In this document: positions 1 to 11,182 of the stretch, piece after piece
Position numbering within the stretch: the stretch's first letter is position 1
Layout of the letters: each line of letters opens with the position of its first letter
NCBI GenBank assembly: GCA_044229975.1
Contig: JBGARZ010000003.1
Coordinates: 160,001 to 224,000, forward strand
DNA length: 64,000 nucleotides
Direction: 5' to 3'
From: Polyangiales bacterium
GTDB lineage: Bacteria > Myxococcota_A > Polyangia > Polyangiales > Ga0077539
The notes under the pieces: model-generated
Database searches by the model: none
What the model was told of the DNA's origin: nothing
Seen by the model: only the letters and a program-made list of their open reading frames with translations
Program-made: the position numbers and the translations under genes

Positions 1-362
1 GCCTGCACTCCGGGGCACCGCAGCGTGCGCTCGAACACCCGCTCGCGACCGAAGGCCGACGCGAGGTGCAGATCGACCAGTGCCATCGACTCTCCGGCAG
101 GCGCGAGGGAGAGATTCTCGACGCGGGTCGGCACCACCGCCGCGTCGAGCGGACGCTCTTCCATGAGCACGCGCGCGACGTCGATGACCCCGTCGGCGGG
201 GACCATGCCGAGGCACGCGCTGGCGCTGCCCTGGATGTCGAGGTCGACGAGGAGCGTCTTGAGGCCGCGCTGGGCGAAGCCCGCCGCGAGGTTGACCGCG
301 GTGGTGGTCTTGCCGACGCCGCCCTTCTGGTTGGCGATCGCGATGATGTGTGGTGCTGCCAT
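1..362 (-). CDS. ParA/Soj family ATPase (3' end runs off window)
   Basis: Hand translation from ATG at 362 gives MAAPHIIAIANQKGGVGKTTTAVNLAAG...LLVDLDIQG, a deviant Walker A. A GGAGG SD lies upstream. Not in the ORF track. Confidence 0.92.
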   Translation of the reverse strand, partial: MAAPHIIAIANQKGGVGKTTTAVNLAAGFAQRGLKTLLVDLDIQGSASACLGMVPADGVIDVARVLMEERPLDAAVVPTRVENLSLAPAGESMALVDLHLASAFGRERVFERTLRCPGVQ

Positions 363-529
363 GGCGGCGGGGACCTCCACACAGGAGCGCACACGGGGTC
401 AAGGAATTGGTCGGGCGGGTGGGAGACGGGAGCGACTTTTTGGGTTGCGGTCGGAGGGCGCTCGCGACTAAAAGTTGCCCGCGCTTGGCCTTTGGCTCTT
501 TAAGACTGGCTTACCGAGGCCCGCTCGCG

Positions 530-545
530 GGGCACGAAAATAGCT
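530..545 (+). promoter_or_regulatory. Putative sigma54 (-24/-12) promoter
   Basis: GGGCACGAAAATAGCT has GG-N10-GC spacing and resembles TGGCACG-N4-TTGC, about 30 bp before the ATG at 576. Confidence 0.6.
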
Positions 546-575
546 GTTTCGTAGACGTACGGAGAGACCGGGAAG

Positions 576-788
576 ATGTCCAAGGCACAGTGGAATGGCG
601 CGCTGCTCATGGTCGCAGCGATGTCGGTGGCGGGTTGTGAGCACGCCCTGGTCGGCAACGCGACGGCGCTGGTGTTGACCCTCGGGCTCTTCGTCGGAAC
701 GCTCCAACTCGGTCGCCAGCGCGCCCCCCAGGTCGGCGCCAGCGAAGTCACCACCGTCGCTTCTTCGTCGCAGACCTCCGGCCGCTGA
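576..788 (+). CDS. Small hydrophobic membrane or lipo-peptide, hypothetical (70 aa)
   Basis: Purine-rich upstream region, lipobox-like VAGC, second hydrophobic stretch ALVLTLGLFVGTL; ends 18 bp before the next gene. Confidence 0.6.
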   Translation: MSKAQWNGALLMVAAMSVAGCEHALVGNATALVLTLGLFVGTLQLGRQRAPQVGASEVTTVASSSQTSGR

Positions 789-806
789 CGTGGGGCCGCG
801 GCGCCC

Positions 807-1994
<1,188 letters not shown>

Positions 1995-3586
1995 CAGACG
2001 TCCGTCTCGGTCGTCGCCCGGGTGCACTGGGTGAAGCGACCGTTGCCCGCGCGCAGCGGCGTCACGCGGCAGTCGCGCACGCCGCACGCGTTGGTGATGA
2101 CCCGTACGTCCGCGGCGAGCCAGGTCCAGTTGGCGCTGCCGATGCCTTCGTTGTCGCGGCAGCTCATGGAAACGAGCCCGTCGTCGACGCTGCCCACCGC
2201 CGCGCGCGTCACGCCGCCGCAGTGCACCGCGAGCACCGGATGAACGATGTCGTCCCGCGCGTCGCTCCCGTCGCAGAGCCCGTGGTCGCGGTAGTAGTTC
2301 ACGCCGACGCGGAAGGTGGCATCGTCCGGAGGGTCGTCTACCGAGGCGTTTTCGGGGAAGCAGTAGCGCGGGTCGCGACCGTCGGTGACGCGCGGGTCAC
2401 ACACGATGTTGTCGACGTCGAGGCGGGGGTTCCAGCAGCGGCCCGCGGTGCGCCACATGTCGCCGAAGGGCGGGGGAAAGTCCTGGCAGAGCTCGCTCGT
2501 GGCCGACGGCGCGAAGCGGGTGTCGCGGTCGTCGATGTTCCAGCGGACGGTGCCGCCCGGCGACTTGCACGTCTGGTAGTAGCAGTCCTCGGCGGTGAAC
2601 CAGTGTGACGACTGCGAGCGTCGACGATCGATGATCGCGACGTGGAGGTCCATGTCCGCGCCAGGGCTGTCGATGCCGCCCTTGCGGTCCCAGTCGAGCT
2701 CGACCCGCAGCCCGCGGCCCTGCGCATACAGCGGGAAGGTGCACCGCTGCTCGCCACTTGCCCGCGTCGACACCAACGTGAGCTCGTAGCGCCCCGCCCG
2801 CGGAACAGTCACCCGCAGCGTCGCCCCCTCCCCCGTCGGTACGGGGCACGGCGTCACGCCCTCCGGGCACGCGAGCGTCCAGCGGTAGCTCGTGGCCATC
2901 GGGTCGATGCCACGCCCGTCGTAGGTGAACTCCACCAACGGAACCGCCCCTACGCTCGCCGGGCAGAGCACCGACGACGCGCACCCGGAGACGCCGTCGT
3001 CGATCGCGCCGTCGCAGTCGTCGTCGCGCCCGTTGCACGCCTCCTCGGTCGGAACCACCGCGCCCTGACACTCGGTGCCGACCCACGCCGCGAACTCCGT
3101 GCAGCGCGCGGTGCCGTCCCTGCACGCGCCGACGCCGCGACGATCGGATGCGCCTGGAAAGCACGCGCGCATCTCGCCCGGTGTGCACGCGCAGAGCTCG
3201 TCGATGAGCCCGTTGCAGTTGTCGTCGATGCCGTTGCCGGGACCGCGCCCGCCGTCCACATCGGCAGCACCACACCGCTCGACCGGACCGCACGGGGAAT
3301 CGCGGCACGGGTCGATGGGCGTCACGTCGAGGCGCACGTTGAGGTCGGGCGTCGGACCGAAGTCCGTCGACGCGTCGCCGAAGGAGATCGACCCATCGCC
3401 GACGAGACCTGACGGACGCCCCGAGCCGCTGCACTGCGCCAACAAGAGACCCGCCAAGACGCAGCCGATGGAAGCCAGACGCACGGGCGCGACCATAGCG
3501 CGACGCGCGGGCCGCTGTCGCCCGCACGCGCTGCTTGTCAGGTCGACGGACGCGACGATACCGTCCGCCCCCACCACAGCCGCTCC

Positions 3587-5137
3587 ATGCGTACCCGCCA
3601 CGCCTCGATCATTCTCGCGCTCGCCGCGTCGGCTCTCCCCACGAGCTTAGGCGCGCAGCCGCGCCCCCCGGCCACTACGCCAGCGCGCCCCGCCGAACCC
3701 GAAGGGACGCTGCTCCGCATCGAGATCCCGGGCGAGGTTCAGGTGCGCTACTCGGGGCTCACGGACATCCCCCTTGCCACCACGCCGGGCCGCACCGACC
3801 AGGCCGCCACCCTCGGGCAGAACGCCTTCTTCGAGTCGTGGCTCCGCCTCCGCCCGCGGGTGTCCATCGGCGAGCGCGTGCGCTTCGTGTTCCAGTTCGA
3901 CGTGGCCCGCGCGGTGGTGCCCGACGCGCCCGCGCAGGACGTCGGGCTCGCCATCGAGCCCCGCGGCGACGTCTTCCCCTATGGCGCCTTCGACGTGCGC
4001 CAGGGGTACCTGGAGTGGGACTCCCCCATCGGCGTCGTGCGCGCCGGACAGCAGGGCTTCACCTGGGGCCTCGGCGTCGTCGCCAACGACGGCGACCGCA
4101 GCCCCACCTTCGGCGACTACCGCTACGGTGACCTCGTCGAGCGTGTGTCCATCGCCACCCGGCCCGGCGGGCGCAGCTCCAACCTCGTCGTGGCCCTCGC
4201 GGGTGATCTCGTCTATCGCGACCGCATCACCTCGCTCGTCGACGGCGACATCGCCCTGCAAGGCGTCGCGTCCGTCTTCTATCAAGACCACGCGTGCCGC
4301 ACCGCCTGCGATCGCCGCCGCGTCGGCGCGCTCGCGACCTACCGCGACGTGTCGTTCCGCGAGGGCGACTACCTCCGCGTGGTCGTCGGCGATCTCCTGG
4401 CGCAGTGGGACTGGCCCACCCCCGACGGAACCGGCCGCGTGTTTGCCGGCGCCGAACTCGCCGTTATCGCGGGTGCCACCAACGCCGCCCGCACCACCCT
4501 CGTCGACCGCCACGATGTCATCCAGTTTGGCGGCGCCGCACGCGTCGGCATCGAGCGCCCCGACCGCTACCGCTTCACGCTGGAAGGCGGCTACGCCTCG
4601 GGCGACCGCAACCCCGTCGACGACTCCCAGCGACGCTTCGCGTTCAACCCAAGCCACCGCGTCGGGATGATCCTCTTCCCCGAGCTCATCGCGTGGGAGA
4701 CCGCCCGCTCGGCGTCCATCGCGGGCGACCCCGACATCGTCGCGCGCGGCGCCAACGGCCGACGCCTGTTGCCCTCCAACGGCGGCGTGACAGGCGCGGC
4801 CTACCTCTACCCGACAGCAGTCGTGAACCTCGGTCGTCGGCTCGATCTGCGCTTCGGCGCCGTCATCGGCGTGGCCACCTCGGACTGGGTCGACCCCACC
4901 TCGGTGCAGCTCTATGGCAGCGCCCGCAACTACCGCGGCGGTGACTCCAAGCGCCGCGACCTCGGCGTCGAGCTCGACCTCGGCGTCAACGGGCGCTTCC
5001 CCCTCCCCGGCAACGTCACGCTGACGGGCGGCGTGCAGGGCGCGGTGCTCTTCGCGGGTCACGCCTTCGACGACGCCAACGGCCGCGGCCTCGGCCGCAT
5101 CGGGATGGCGACGGCGCGCCTGGGGGTGGAGTTCTGA
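3587..5137 (+). CDS. Outer-membrane beta-barrel protein (alginate-export/porin-like)
   Basis: Signal peptide; amphipathic strands (FDVRQGYLEW, EGGYASGD, DLGVELDL); C-terminal Phe (RLGVEF). Confidence 0.75.
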   Translation: MRTRHASIILALAASALPTSLGAQPRPPATTPARPAEPEGTLLRIEIPGEVQVRYSGLTDIPLATTPGRTDQAATLGQNAFFESWLRLRPRVSIGERVRFVFQFDVARAVVPDAPAQDVGLAIEPRGDVFPYGAFDVRQGYLEWDSPIGVVRAGQQGFTWGLGVVANDGDRSPTFGDYRYGDLVERVSIATRPGGRSSNLVVALAGDLVYRDRITSLVDGDIALQGVASVFYQDHACRTACDRRRVGALATYRDVSFREGDYLRVVVGDLLAQWDWPTPDGTGRVFAGAELAVIAGATNAARTTLVDRHDVIQFGGAARVGIERPDRYRFTLEGGYASGDRNPVDDSQRRFAFNPSHRVGMILFPELIAWETARSASIAGDPDIVARGANGRRLLPSNGGVTGAAYLYPTAVVNLGRRLDLRFGAVIGVATSDWVDPTSVQLYGSARNYRGGDSKRRDLGVELDLGVNGRFPLPGNVTLTGGVQGAVLFAGHAFDDANGRGLGRIGMATARLGVEF

Positions 5138-8100
5138 TGCTTCGGAGAGTCGACATCGTCATGCGTACGCGAAGCCTGCTCGGGGCGTTGGTTCTGTTGT
5201 CGGCCTGCGACGGGGGCGACCCCATCGACGAGTCCTCTCCCTCCGCCGCGTCGCTCTCCCCATCACAGCGGGGACCGCGCGTGGTGTGGGACCTCGGCGC
5301 ACGGCCGCTCCCGGAGATTCCGCTGCCCAACGACGTCGCGACCTTCCCCGACGCGACCTCACCGACGGGGGTGCGCATCAACGCGAGCCTCGTCGCGCCG
5401 ACGGCCTTCGAGTCCCAGCTCCGCGAGGGCTTCGCGACCCTCGACGGGTGGGGAACCTTCCAGCCCCTCACGGTCGCCTTCGACGACGACCTCGACCTCG
5501 ACAACCTCACGCGGCGCATGCGCGGCGACGACAACGACCTGCGCAACGACGCGGTCTACCTCGTCAACCTCCGCACGGGCGTACCGGTTCCGCTCGACAT
5601 GGGCGACGGCAACTTCGGCTACACGCTCAAGGTACGCGACGCGTACTTCCCCAACGACGCGCGCGCCGGTCAGAGCAACCTCCTCTTCGAGACCGTCGAC
5701 GAGGACACCAACTTCAACAACCGCCTCGACCCGGGCGAGGACACCAACTTCGACGGCGTCCTCAACCGCGCCGCCGTGTTCCCGCGCGGCTCGCGCCCCG
5801 AGGACAACCTCACGTCGTTCTGGGAGCCCGACACCCGTACCCTCATCCTCCGCCCGCTGCTGCCGCTGGAGGAGCGCACCCGCTACGCCGTGGTGCTCAC
5901 CAGCCGCCTCACCGGCCGCGGCAACCGCTCGGTGCGATCGCCCTTCCCCACCGTCGCCCACCCCGCACAGGCCCGCGACCTCGAAGCCCTCGACGGTCTC
6001 CTCCGCGCCCGCAGCAACTACTACGGTCCGCTCGTCTACCGGCCGCGCGGCGACGAGCCCGCCGACACCGCGCGCGTCACCTTCGCGTGGACCTTCCTCA
6101 CCCAGACCACCACGAGCGACCTGCTCGCGATGCGCCGCGGCCTCTACGGCGAAGGTCCCTTCGCGCAGCTCCAGGCCATCCAACCCGAGTTTCACCTCCG
6201 CGAGCTCAACACGGGCTCCGGGTGCACCGCCGATCAGCGCGATCGCCCGCTCATCATCCGCGGCCCGGCCCTCGCCAACCTCGCGCGACAGCTCGGCGAG
6301 GCCCTTGGCGTGAGCAGCGCCCAGCGCGACGCCCTCGTCGAGTCGTACCGGTACGTCGACTACCTCGCGTTTGGCACCTACCGCGTCCCGTACCCCATGG
6401 GCGACCCGGCCAGCACCGACCACCACGCCCACTGGGACATCAACCAGCGCACCGGCACCATTGCTCACCTCGGCACCGACACCGGCCAGTTCGGGCTCGT
6501 GGTGCCGAAGCCCCTGGCCGGTCGCCACGCGCCCTTCCCCGTCACGCTTTATGGGCACGGGTATACGGGCAGCTTCCTCGACGCGCTCGCCAACGGCCCC
6601 ACCCTCGCGGCGCACGGCATCGCCTCCCTCGGCGTCAACGCGATGGGCCACGGCCTCACGATGGACCCGGCCACCCGGCAGATCGTCTCCCTCCTGCTGC
6701 GCGGCATCTGCAACGCCGGCGTCGCCCCGGCGCTGCTGGAGAACCGCGCGCGCGACATCAACGGGGACGGCATGCCCGACTCCGGCGGTGACTTCTGGAC
6801 GGCGTACGTCTTCCACACGCGCGACGCGATGCGCCAGTCGGTGCTCGACCAGATGCAGCTCATCCGCGCGATGCGCTCGTTCGACGGCCGCACCCGCTCG
6901 CTCGACGACCTCAACCACAACGGCCAGCTCGACGACCTCGCGGGCGACTTCAACGGCGACGGCGTCGTCGACATCGGCGGCCCCGACACGCCGTACTTCG
7001 CCACCGGCGGATCGCTCGGCGGCATCCTCTCCATGACCCTCGGCAGCGCCGACGCCAACGTCCGCGCCGCGGCCCCCGTCTCGGGCGGCGGCGGCCTCAC
7101 CGATGTCGGCGTTCGCTCGACCCAGAGCGGCGTGAAGGAGGCCGTCATCCTGCGCGTGATGGGCCCGCTGCTCGCGACGATCCCCTCGTCGGCTTATCCC
7201 CCGGCCGGTCGCCGCACGCGCACTGCCTGCACGCCGACGCAGACCTCGCTGCGCTTCATCGTCCCCGACGTCAACGACACCGGCGAGCTGGAGGTCGCCT
7301 GCCTCGAAGCGTCCGACCTCGCGCCGGGCGACGACGCCGTGCTCACCAACGTCCGCAGCGGAGAGTCGCGCTGCGCCCGCGCAGGGATGGAGTCACGCCT
7401 TCGCATCGGCTTCCCCTCCAACGTCGACGACCGCCTCGTGCTCACCATCTTCCGCGGCAACGCGGTCACCAACTACGGCACCTGCGCCGTCCGACCCGAC
7501 GCGATCGTCGGGCGCGTGGTCGACCGGATCTCCGTCATCGAAGGCGACTGCGACGTCCACTGTGGACACATCCCACCGACGGTCCTGGCCGACGCCACGC
7601 CCCGTCGTTGGATCACACGCGGCGACCCGCTCAGCAGCCCCGCCGAGGGCATGGGCATCCGTCGGCAGACGCCCGAGATGCGGCGCTTCCTGTTGCTCGC
7701 GCAGGCCGCCCTCGACGGCGGCGACCCAGTGAGCTTCGCGCCGCTCTACTTCCTGCGCCGCCCCGACGACCACCTGACCCACGGCCTCCTGGTCGTGAAC
7801 ACCATCGGCGACCAGGCCGTGCCCATCAACACGGGCAACGCCTTCGCACGCGCCGCCGGGGCCATCCCCTTCCTCGGCGTCGACGCCCCCGCGCGCTTCC
7901 CCGAGCTCGCGGACTACGCCACGCCGCGCGCCATCTTCGCCCGCTACGACCGCACGCCAAACCGCGTGCTCGTCGACCGCGGCGTGCTCGAAGGCATCGC
8001 GTCGCTCAACCGCTTCCCGGTGACCGCAGGGCCCAACCGCCTCTTCGACGTCGACGACCTCGACGAGACGCTCCAGGGCTTCGGCGAGCGCAACCTCGAC

Positions 8101-8427
8101 CAGCCGCTGCGCCTCGTTCGGCGGGCTGTGCGCGCGAGCAACGCCGCCGAGCTCGACGCCGTCTGGGCACCAACCACCGCCACCTGGAACGGCAACACCG
8201 GCCCCTCCATCGCCGTGCTCAACGCGTACATGGAGCCCGGTGGCTCACACGCCTTCGAGGGCCCCGACCCCCGCCTCAACTGGGACCCGGCCAACTACCT
8301 CCTTCACACCATCGGTCGCTTCTTCAACACCAACGGCGCCGACCTCTACTACCGCAGCCATCCGCGCGACCACGGCTGCGCCGAGCGCGGCGACTGCGAC
8401 TTCATCGCGCCCCTTCCGGCGCCCTGA
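5137..8427 (+). CDS. Large lipoprotein with alpha/beta-hydrolase (lipase-like) domain and Ca-binding-type loops
   Basis: Lipobox LSAC; GHGY; nucleophile elbow GGSLGG; candidate Asp (GDQAVP) and His (GSHAF); DxNxDG loops. TGATG coupling to the barrel gene. Confidence 0.75.
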   Translation: MLRRVDIVMRTRSLLGALVLLSACDGGDPIDESSPSAASLSPSQRGPRVVWDLGARPLPEIPLPNDVATFPDATSPTGVRINASLVAPTAFESQLREGFATLDGWGTFQPLTVAFDDDLDLDNLTRRMRGDDNDLRNDAVYLVNLRTGVPVPLDMGDGNFGYTLKVRDAYFPNDARAGQSNLLFETVDEDTNFNNRLDPGEDTNFDGVLNRAAVFPRGSRPEDNLTSFWEPDTRTLILRPLLPLEERTRYAVVLTSRLTGRGNRSVRSPFPTVAHPAQARDLEALDGLLRARSNYYGPLVYRPRGDEPADTARVTFAWTFLTQTTTSDLLAMRRGLYGEGPFAQLQAIQPEFHLRELNTGSGCTADQRDRPLIIRGPALANLARQLGEALGVSSAQRDALVESYRYVDYLAFGTYRVPYPMGDPASTDHHAHWDINQRTGTIAHLGTDTGQFGLVVPKPLAGRHAPFPVTLYGHGYTGSFLDALANGPTLAAHGIASLGVNAMGHGLTMDPATRQIVSLLLRGICNAGVAPALLENRARDINGDGMPDSGGDFWTAYVFHTRDAMRQSVLDQMQLIRAMRSFDGRTRSLDDLNHNGQLDDLAGDFNGDGVVDIGGPDTPYFATGGSLGGILSMTLGSADANVRAAAPVSGGGGLTDVGVRSTQSGVKEAVILRVMGPLLATIPSSAYPPAGRRTRTACTPTQTSLRFIVPDVNDTGELEVACLEASDLAPGDDAVLTNVRSGESRCARAGMESRLRIGFPSNVDDRLVLTIFRGNAVTNYGTCAVRPDAIVGRVVDRISVIEGDCDVHCGHIPPTVLADATPRRWITRGDPLSSPAEGMGIRRQTPEMRRFLLLAQAALDGGDPVSFAPLYFLRRPDDHLTHGLLVVNTIGDQAVPINTGNAFARAAGAIPFLGVDAPARFPELADYATPRAIFARYDRTPNRVLVDRGVLEGIASLNRFPVTAGPNRLFDVDDLDETLQGFGERNLDQPLRLVRRAVRASNAAELDAVWAPTTATWNGNTGPSIAVLNAYMEPGGSHAFEGPDPRLNWDPANYLLHTIGRFFNTNGADLYYRSHPRDHGCAERGDCDFIAPLPAP

Positions 8428-8432
8428 GACCT

Positions 8433-9392
8433 TTACCCTTCGGTGTATTCACCGAGCGCGCGGAAGCGCTGGTAGCGGTCCTCACGGAGCGCCGCCGGGC
8501 TCAAGCGCAGGAGCTCGTCGAGGTGGCGGCTGACGGCCTCGTCCACGCGACGCACTGCTTCCTTCGGGTCGCGATGTGCGCCGCCCACGGGCTCCGGAAT
8601 CACCTCGTCGGCGACGCCCGCGGTGTACACCTCGGCGGCGGTCATCCGCATCGCCCGCGCCGCGTCGGGCGCGCGCCCGCCGTCCTTCCACAAAATCGAC
8701 GCGCAGCCCTCCGGCGTGATGACCGCGTACGTCGCGTACTCGAGCATCAGCACCCGGTTGGCGACGGCGAGCGCGAGCGCACCGCCCGACCCGCCCTCCC
8801 CCAGCACCGTCGACACCACCGGAACCGTCAGCGACGACAGCTTCAACAGGCACTGACCGATCGCCTCGGACTGCCCACGCTCCTCGGCGCCGAGGCCGGG
8901 AAACGCGCCTGGCGTGTCGACGAAGGTCACCAGCGGACGCTTGAAGCGGGCCGCGAGCTCCATGAGCCGTAGCGCCTTCCGGTAGCCCTCGGGGTGGGGC
9001 ATGCCGAAGTTGCGGCGCACGTTCTCGCGCACGCCGCGACCCTTCTGGTGACCAAGCACCACGACGGGTCGGCCGTGGTAGCGAGCGAGACCGCCGACGA
9101 TCGCCGGGTCGTCGCGAAACGACCGGTCGCCCTTCAGCTCGACGAAGTCCTCCATCACCGCGGCGATGACGTCCTGCGTGCTCGGGCGATCGGGGTGCCG
9201 CGAGAGCCGCACCCGAGTCCACACACCGAGATCGCCGAAGAGGTTCTCTTCGAGGCGACGGGCTGCTGCTTCGAGGTGTTCGAGCTCGTCGGCGATGGCG
9301 TCGTCGGCGCCGGGCAATCGGGCGGCGGCCTTGAGCCCCTCGATGCGCTGCTCAAGCTCGCGCAGCGGGCGCTCGAACTCCAGCGTGCTCAT
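8433..9392 (-). CDS. accA: Acetyl-CoA carboxylase carboxyltransferase alpha subunit
   Basis: LEFERP, RNFGMPHPEGYRKALR, DTPGAFPG, GEGGSGGA. Confidence 0.97.
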   Translation of the reverse strand: MSTLEFERPLRELEQRIEGLKAAARLPGADDAIADELEHLEAAARRLEENLFGDLGVWTRVRLSRHPDRPSTQDVIAAVMEDFVELKGDRSFRDDPAIVGGLARYHGRPVVVLGHQKGRGVRENVRRNFGMPHPEGYRKALRLMELAARFKRPLVTFVDTPGAFPGLGAEERGQSEAIGQCLLKLSSLTVPVVSTVLGEGGSGGALALAVANRVLMLEYATYAVITPEGCASILWKDGGRAPDAARAMRMTAAEVYTAGVADEVIPEPVGGAHRDPKEAVRRVDEAVSRHLDELLRLSPAALREDRYQRFRALGEYTEG

Positions 9393-11110
9393 CCGCGCTC
9401 GCGCAGGACCTCGAACACCCTCACCGGCTGCGCGATGCCCTTCGGCGAGATGGGCTCCAGCTCACGCACATCGAAGTAGTCGTTGACCATGCTCAGCGTG
9501 TCTTCCGACAAGAGGATCTGCATGCCCTTGGCGGCCGAGCAGAGGCGCGCGGCGAGGTTCACGGGCGCGCCGATCACCGTGTACTGCATGGCTTTCGAGC
9601 TGCCGATGTAGCCCGCGACGACCTCGCCGGTGTTGATGCCGACGCCGATCTCGAAGCTGGGCAGGCCCTTCGCTTCGCGTTCCTGGTTGAAGCGCCGCAG
9701 CTCTTCGAGCATCGCGAGGGCGCACTGCACCGCGCGCACGGGGTCGTTGGTGCTCGACACGGGCGCGCCGAAGAGCGCCATGATCTCGTCGCCCACGAAC
9801 TTGTCGAGCGTCCCCTCGAAGCGGAACACGATCTCCACCATGCGCTCGAAGTAGTCGTTGAGCATCGCGACGATGTCCTCGGCGCGCATCTCCTCGGAGC
9901 GCGACGTGAACCCGCGGATGTCCGTGAAGAGCATGGTCGTCACGCGCGGCTCGCCGCCCTGCTTCACCTCGACCTTGCCCGACACCACGAGCTCGGCGAT
10001 GGCCGGCGACAAGAGCCGCTGGAAGCGCGCCCGCGCGAGGGCCTCCTGCTCGATGCGCCGCGCGAGGGCCGCGTTGGCGATGAAGAGCGCCGCCTGGTTG
10101 GCGATGTTGGTGAAGAGTTGGAGATCCTTCTCGCCGAACGCGTTGGGGTTCTGCGAGTCGACCATCATCACGCCGAGCAGCTCGGTCTTGTACATGAGCG
10201 GCACCGCCATCGAACTGCGGATGCCCGTCATGATGATGGACTTCGACTCGGAGAAGCGCGGGTCGACCTTGGCGTCGCTGGAAAGCACCGCGACGCGCTC
10301 CTTGACCACCTGACCGACGACCGCGCGCGACGCGACGAACTCCTCCGGCCCGGCGCGCTTGGCTCGCGAGCAGCGGGGCTTGAGCTCCTCGTCCTCGAAG
10401 AGAAGAATCACCCCCCGGTCGGCCGACAGCAGATCGAACGAGCGCTCAAGGATCTTCTCCAGCAGGCGATCGAGATCGAGCTCGGCGCCGATGGCGCGCT
10501 GGAGTTCGTACGAGATGCGGAGCTTCTCGTAGTCGCGGCGCAGCACCTCCACGTCCTGCAACGAGCGCTCGGGGAGAAACTGCTGCATCTCCGCGGCGAT
10601 CTTCGTGCGGACGTGCGACTCCATCATCGCGCCGCCGATGGTCACGTTGCGCACGGCCTGCAACGGCGGAGCGGCGACCGGCGCGGTCGGCATCATGGGC
10701 GGTGGGCCCGAGCGCGGCGGCGCGCCGATGGGAATGGAGCCCGACGAGTTGCTCCGCTGGAGCGGCGACGGAAACATCGGCGGCGCCTGCGACGCGACCA
10801 TCGCCGGGGGCGTCGCCTGCACCACGCCGACGTCCTGGAAGACCGCGCGCGTGTTGCCGAGCGCGATCTGATCGCCGTTCGACAGAAACGACTCCCCCGC
10901 CACGCGCTGCTCGTTGACGTAGGTGCCGTTGAGCGAGCCGAGGTCGCGCAGCACCCACCGGCTGCCGCGCAGCTCGACGATGCAGTGCTCCTTCGACACG
11001 ATGCGGTCGAGGAGCTGGATGGAGTTGTTCGGGTGGCGACCGAGCGAGTTTACCGTCGCAAGGTCTCGCTCCTGAGGACCGTCCGGCCCGATGATCACCA
11101 GCTTCGCCAT
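9389..11110 (-). CDS. FHA-GAF-class III adenylyl cyclase
   Basis: FHA (GR..VSKEH..DLGSLNGT); GAF (RSSMAVPL..FGEKDLQL); cyclase (FTDIRGFT, DKFVGD, YTVIGAPVNLAARL) with Lys/Thr ATP-specifying residues. Confidence 0.93.
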   Translation of the reverse strand: MAKLVIIGPDGPQERDLATVNSLGRHPNNSIQLLDRIVSKEHCIVELRGSRWVLRDLGSLNGTYVNEQRVAGESFLSNGDQIALGNTRAVFQDVGVVQATPPAMVASQAPPMFPSPLQRSNSSGSIPIGAPPRSGPPPMMPTAPVAAPPLQAVRNVTIGGAMMESHVRTKIAAEMQQFLPERSLQDVEVLRRDYEKLRISYELQRAIGAELDLDRLLEKILERSFDLLSADRGVILLFEDEELKPRCSRAKRAGPEEFVASRAVVGQVVKERVAVLSSDAKVDPRFSESKSIIMTGIRSSMAVPLMYKTELLGVMMVDSQNPNAFGEKDLQLFTNIANQAALFIANAALARRIEQEALARARFQRLLSPAIAELVVSGKVEVKQGGEPRVTTMLFTDIRGFTSRSEEMRAEDIVAMLNDYFERMVEIVFRFEGTLDKFVGDEIMALFGAPVSSTNDPVRAVQCALAMLEELRRFNQEREAKGLPSFEIGVGINTGEVVAGYIGSSKAMQYTVIGAPVNLAARLCSAAKGMQILLSEDTLSMVNDYFDVRELEPISPKGIAQPVRVFEVLRERG

Positions 11111-11182
11111 GGCCTCGATGCGCGTCGATCCCGCGGACTCGACACTATGCCGCCCCCCGTGAAATTGCCACCGCGCTGACGA

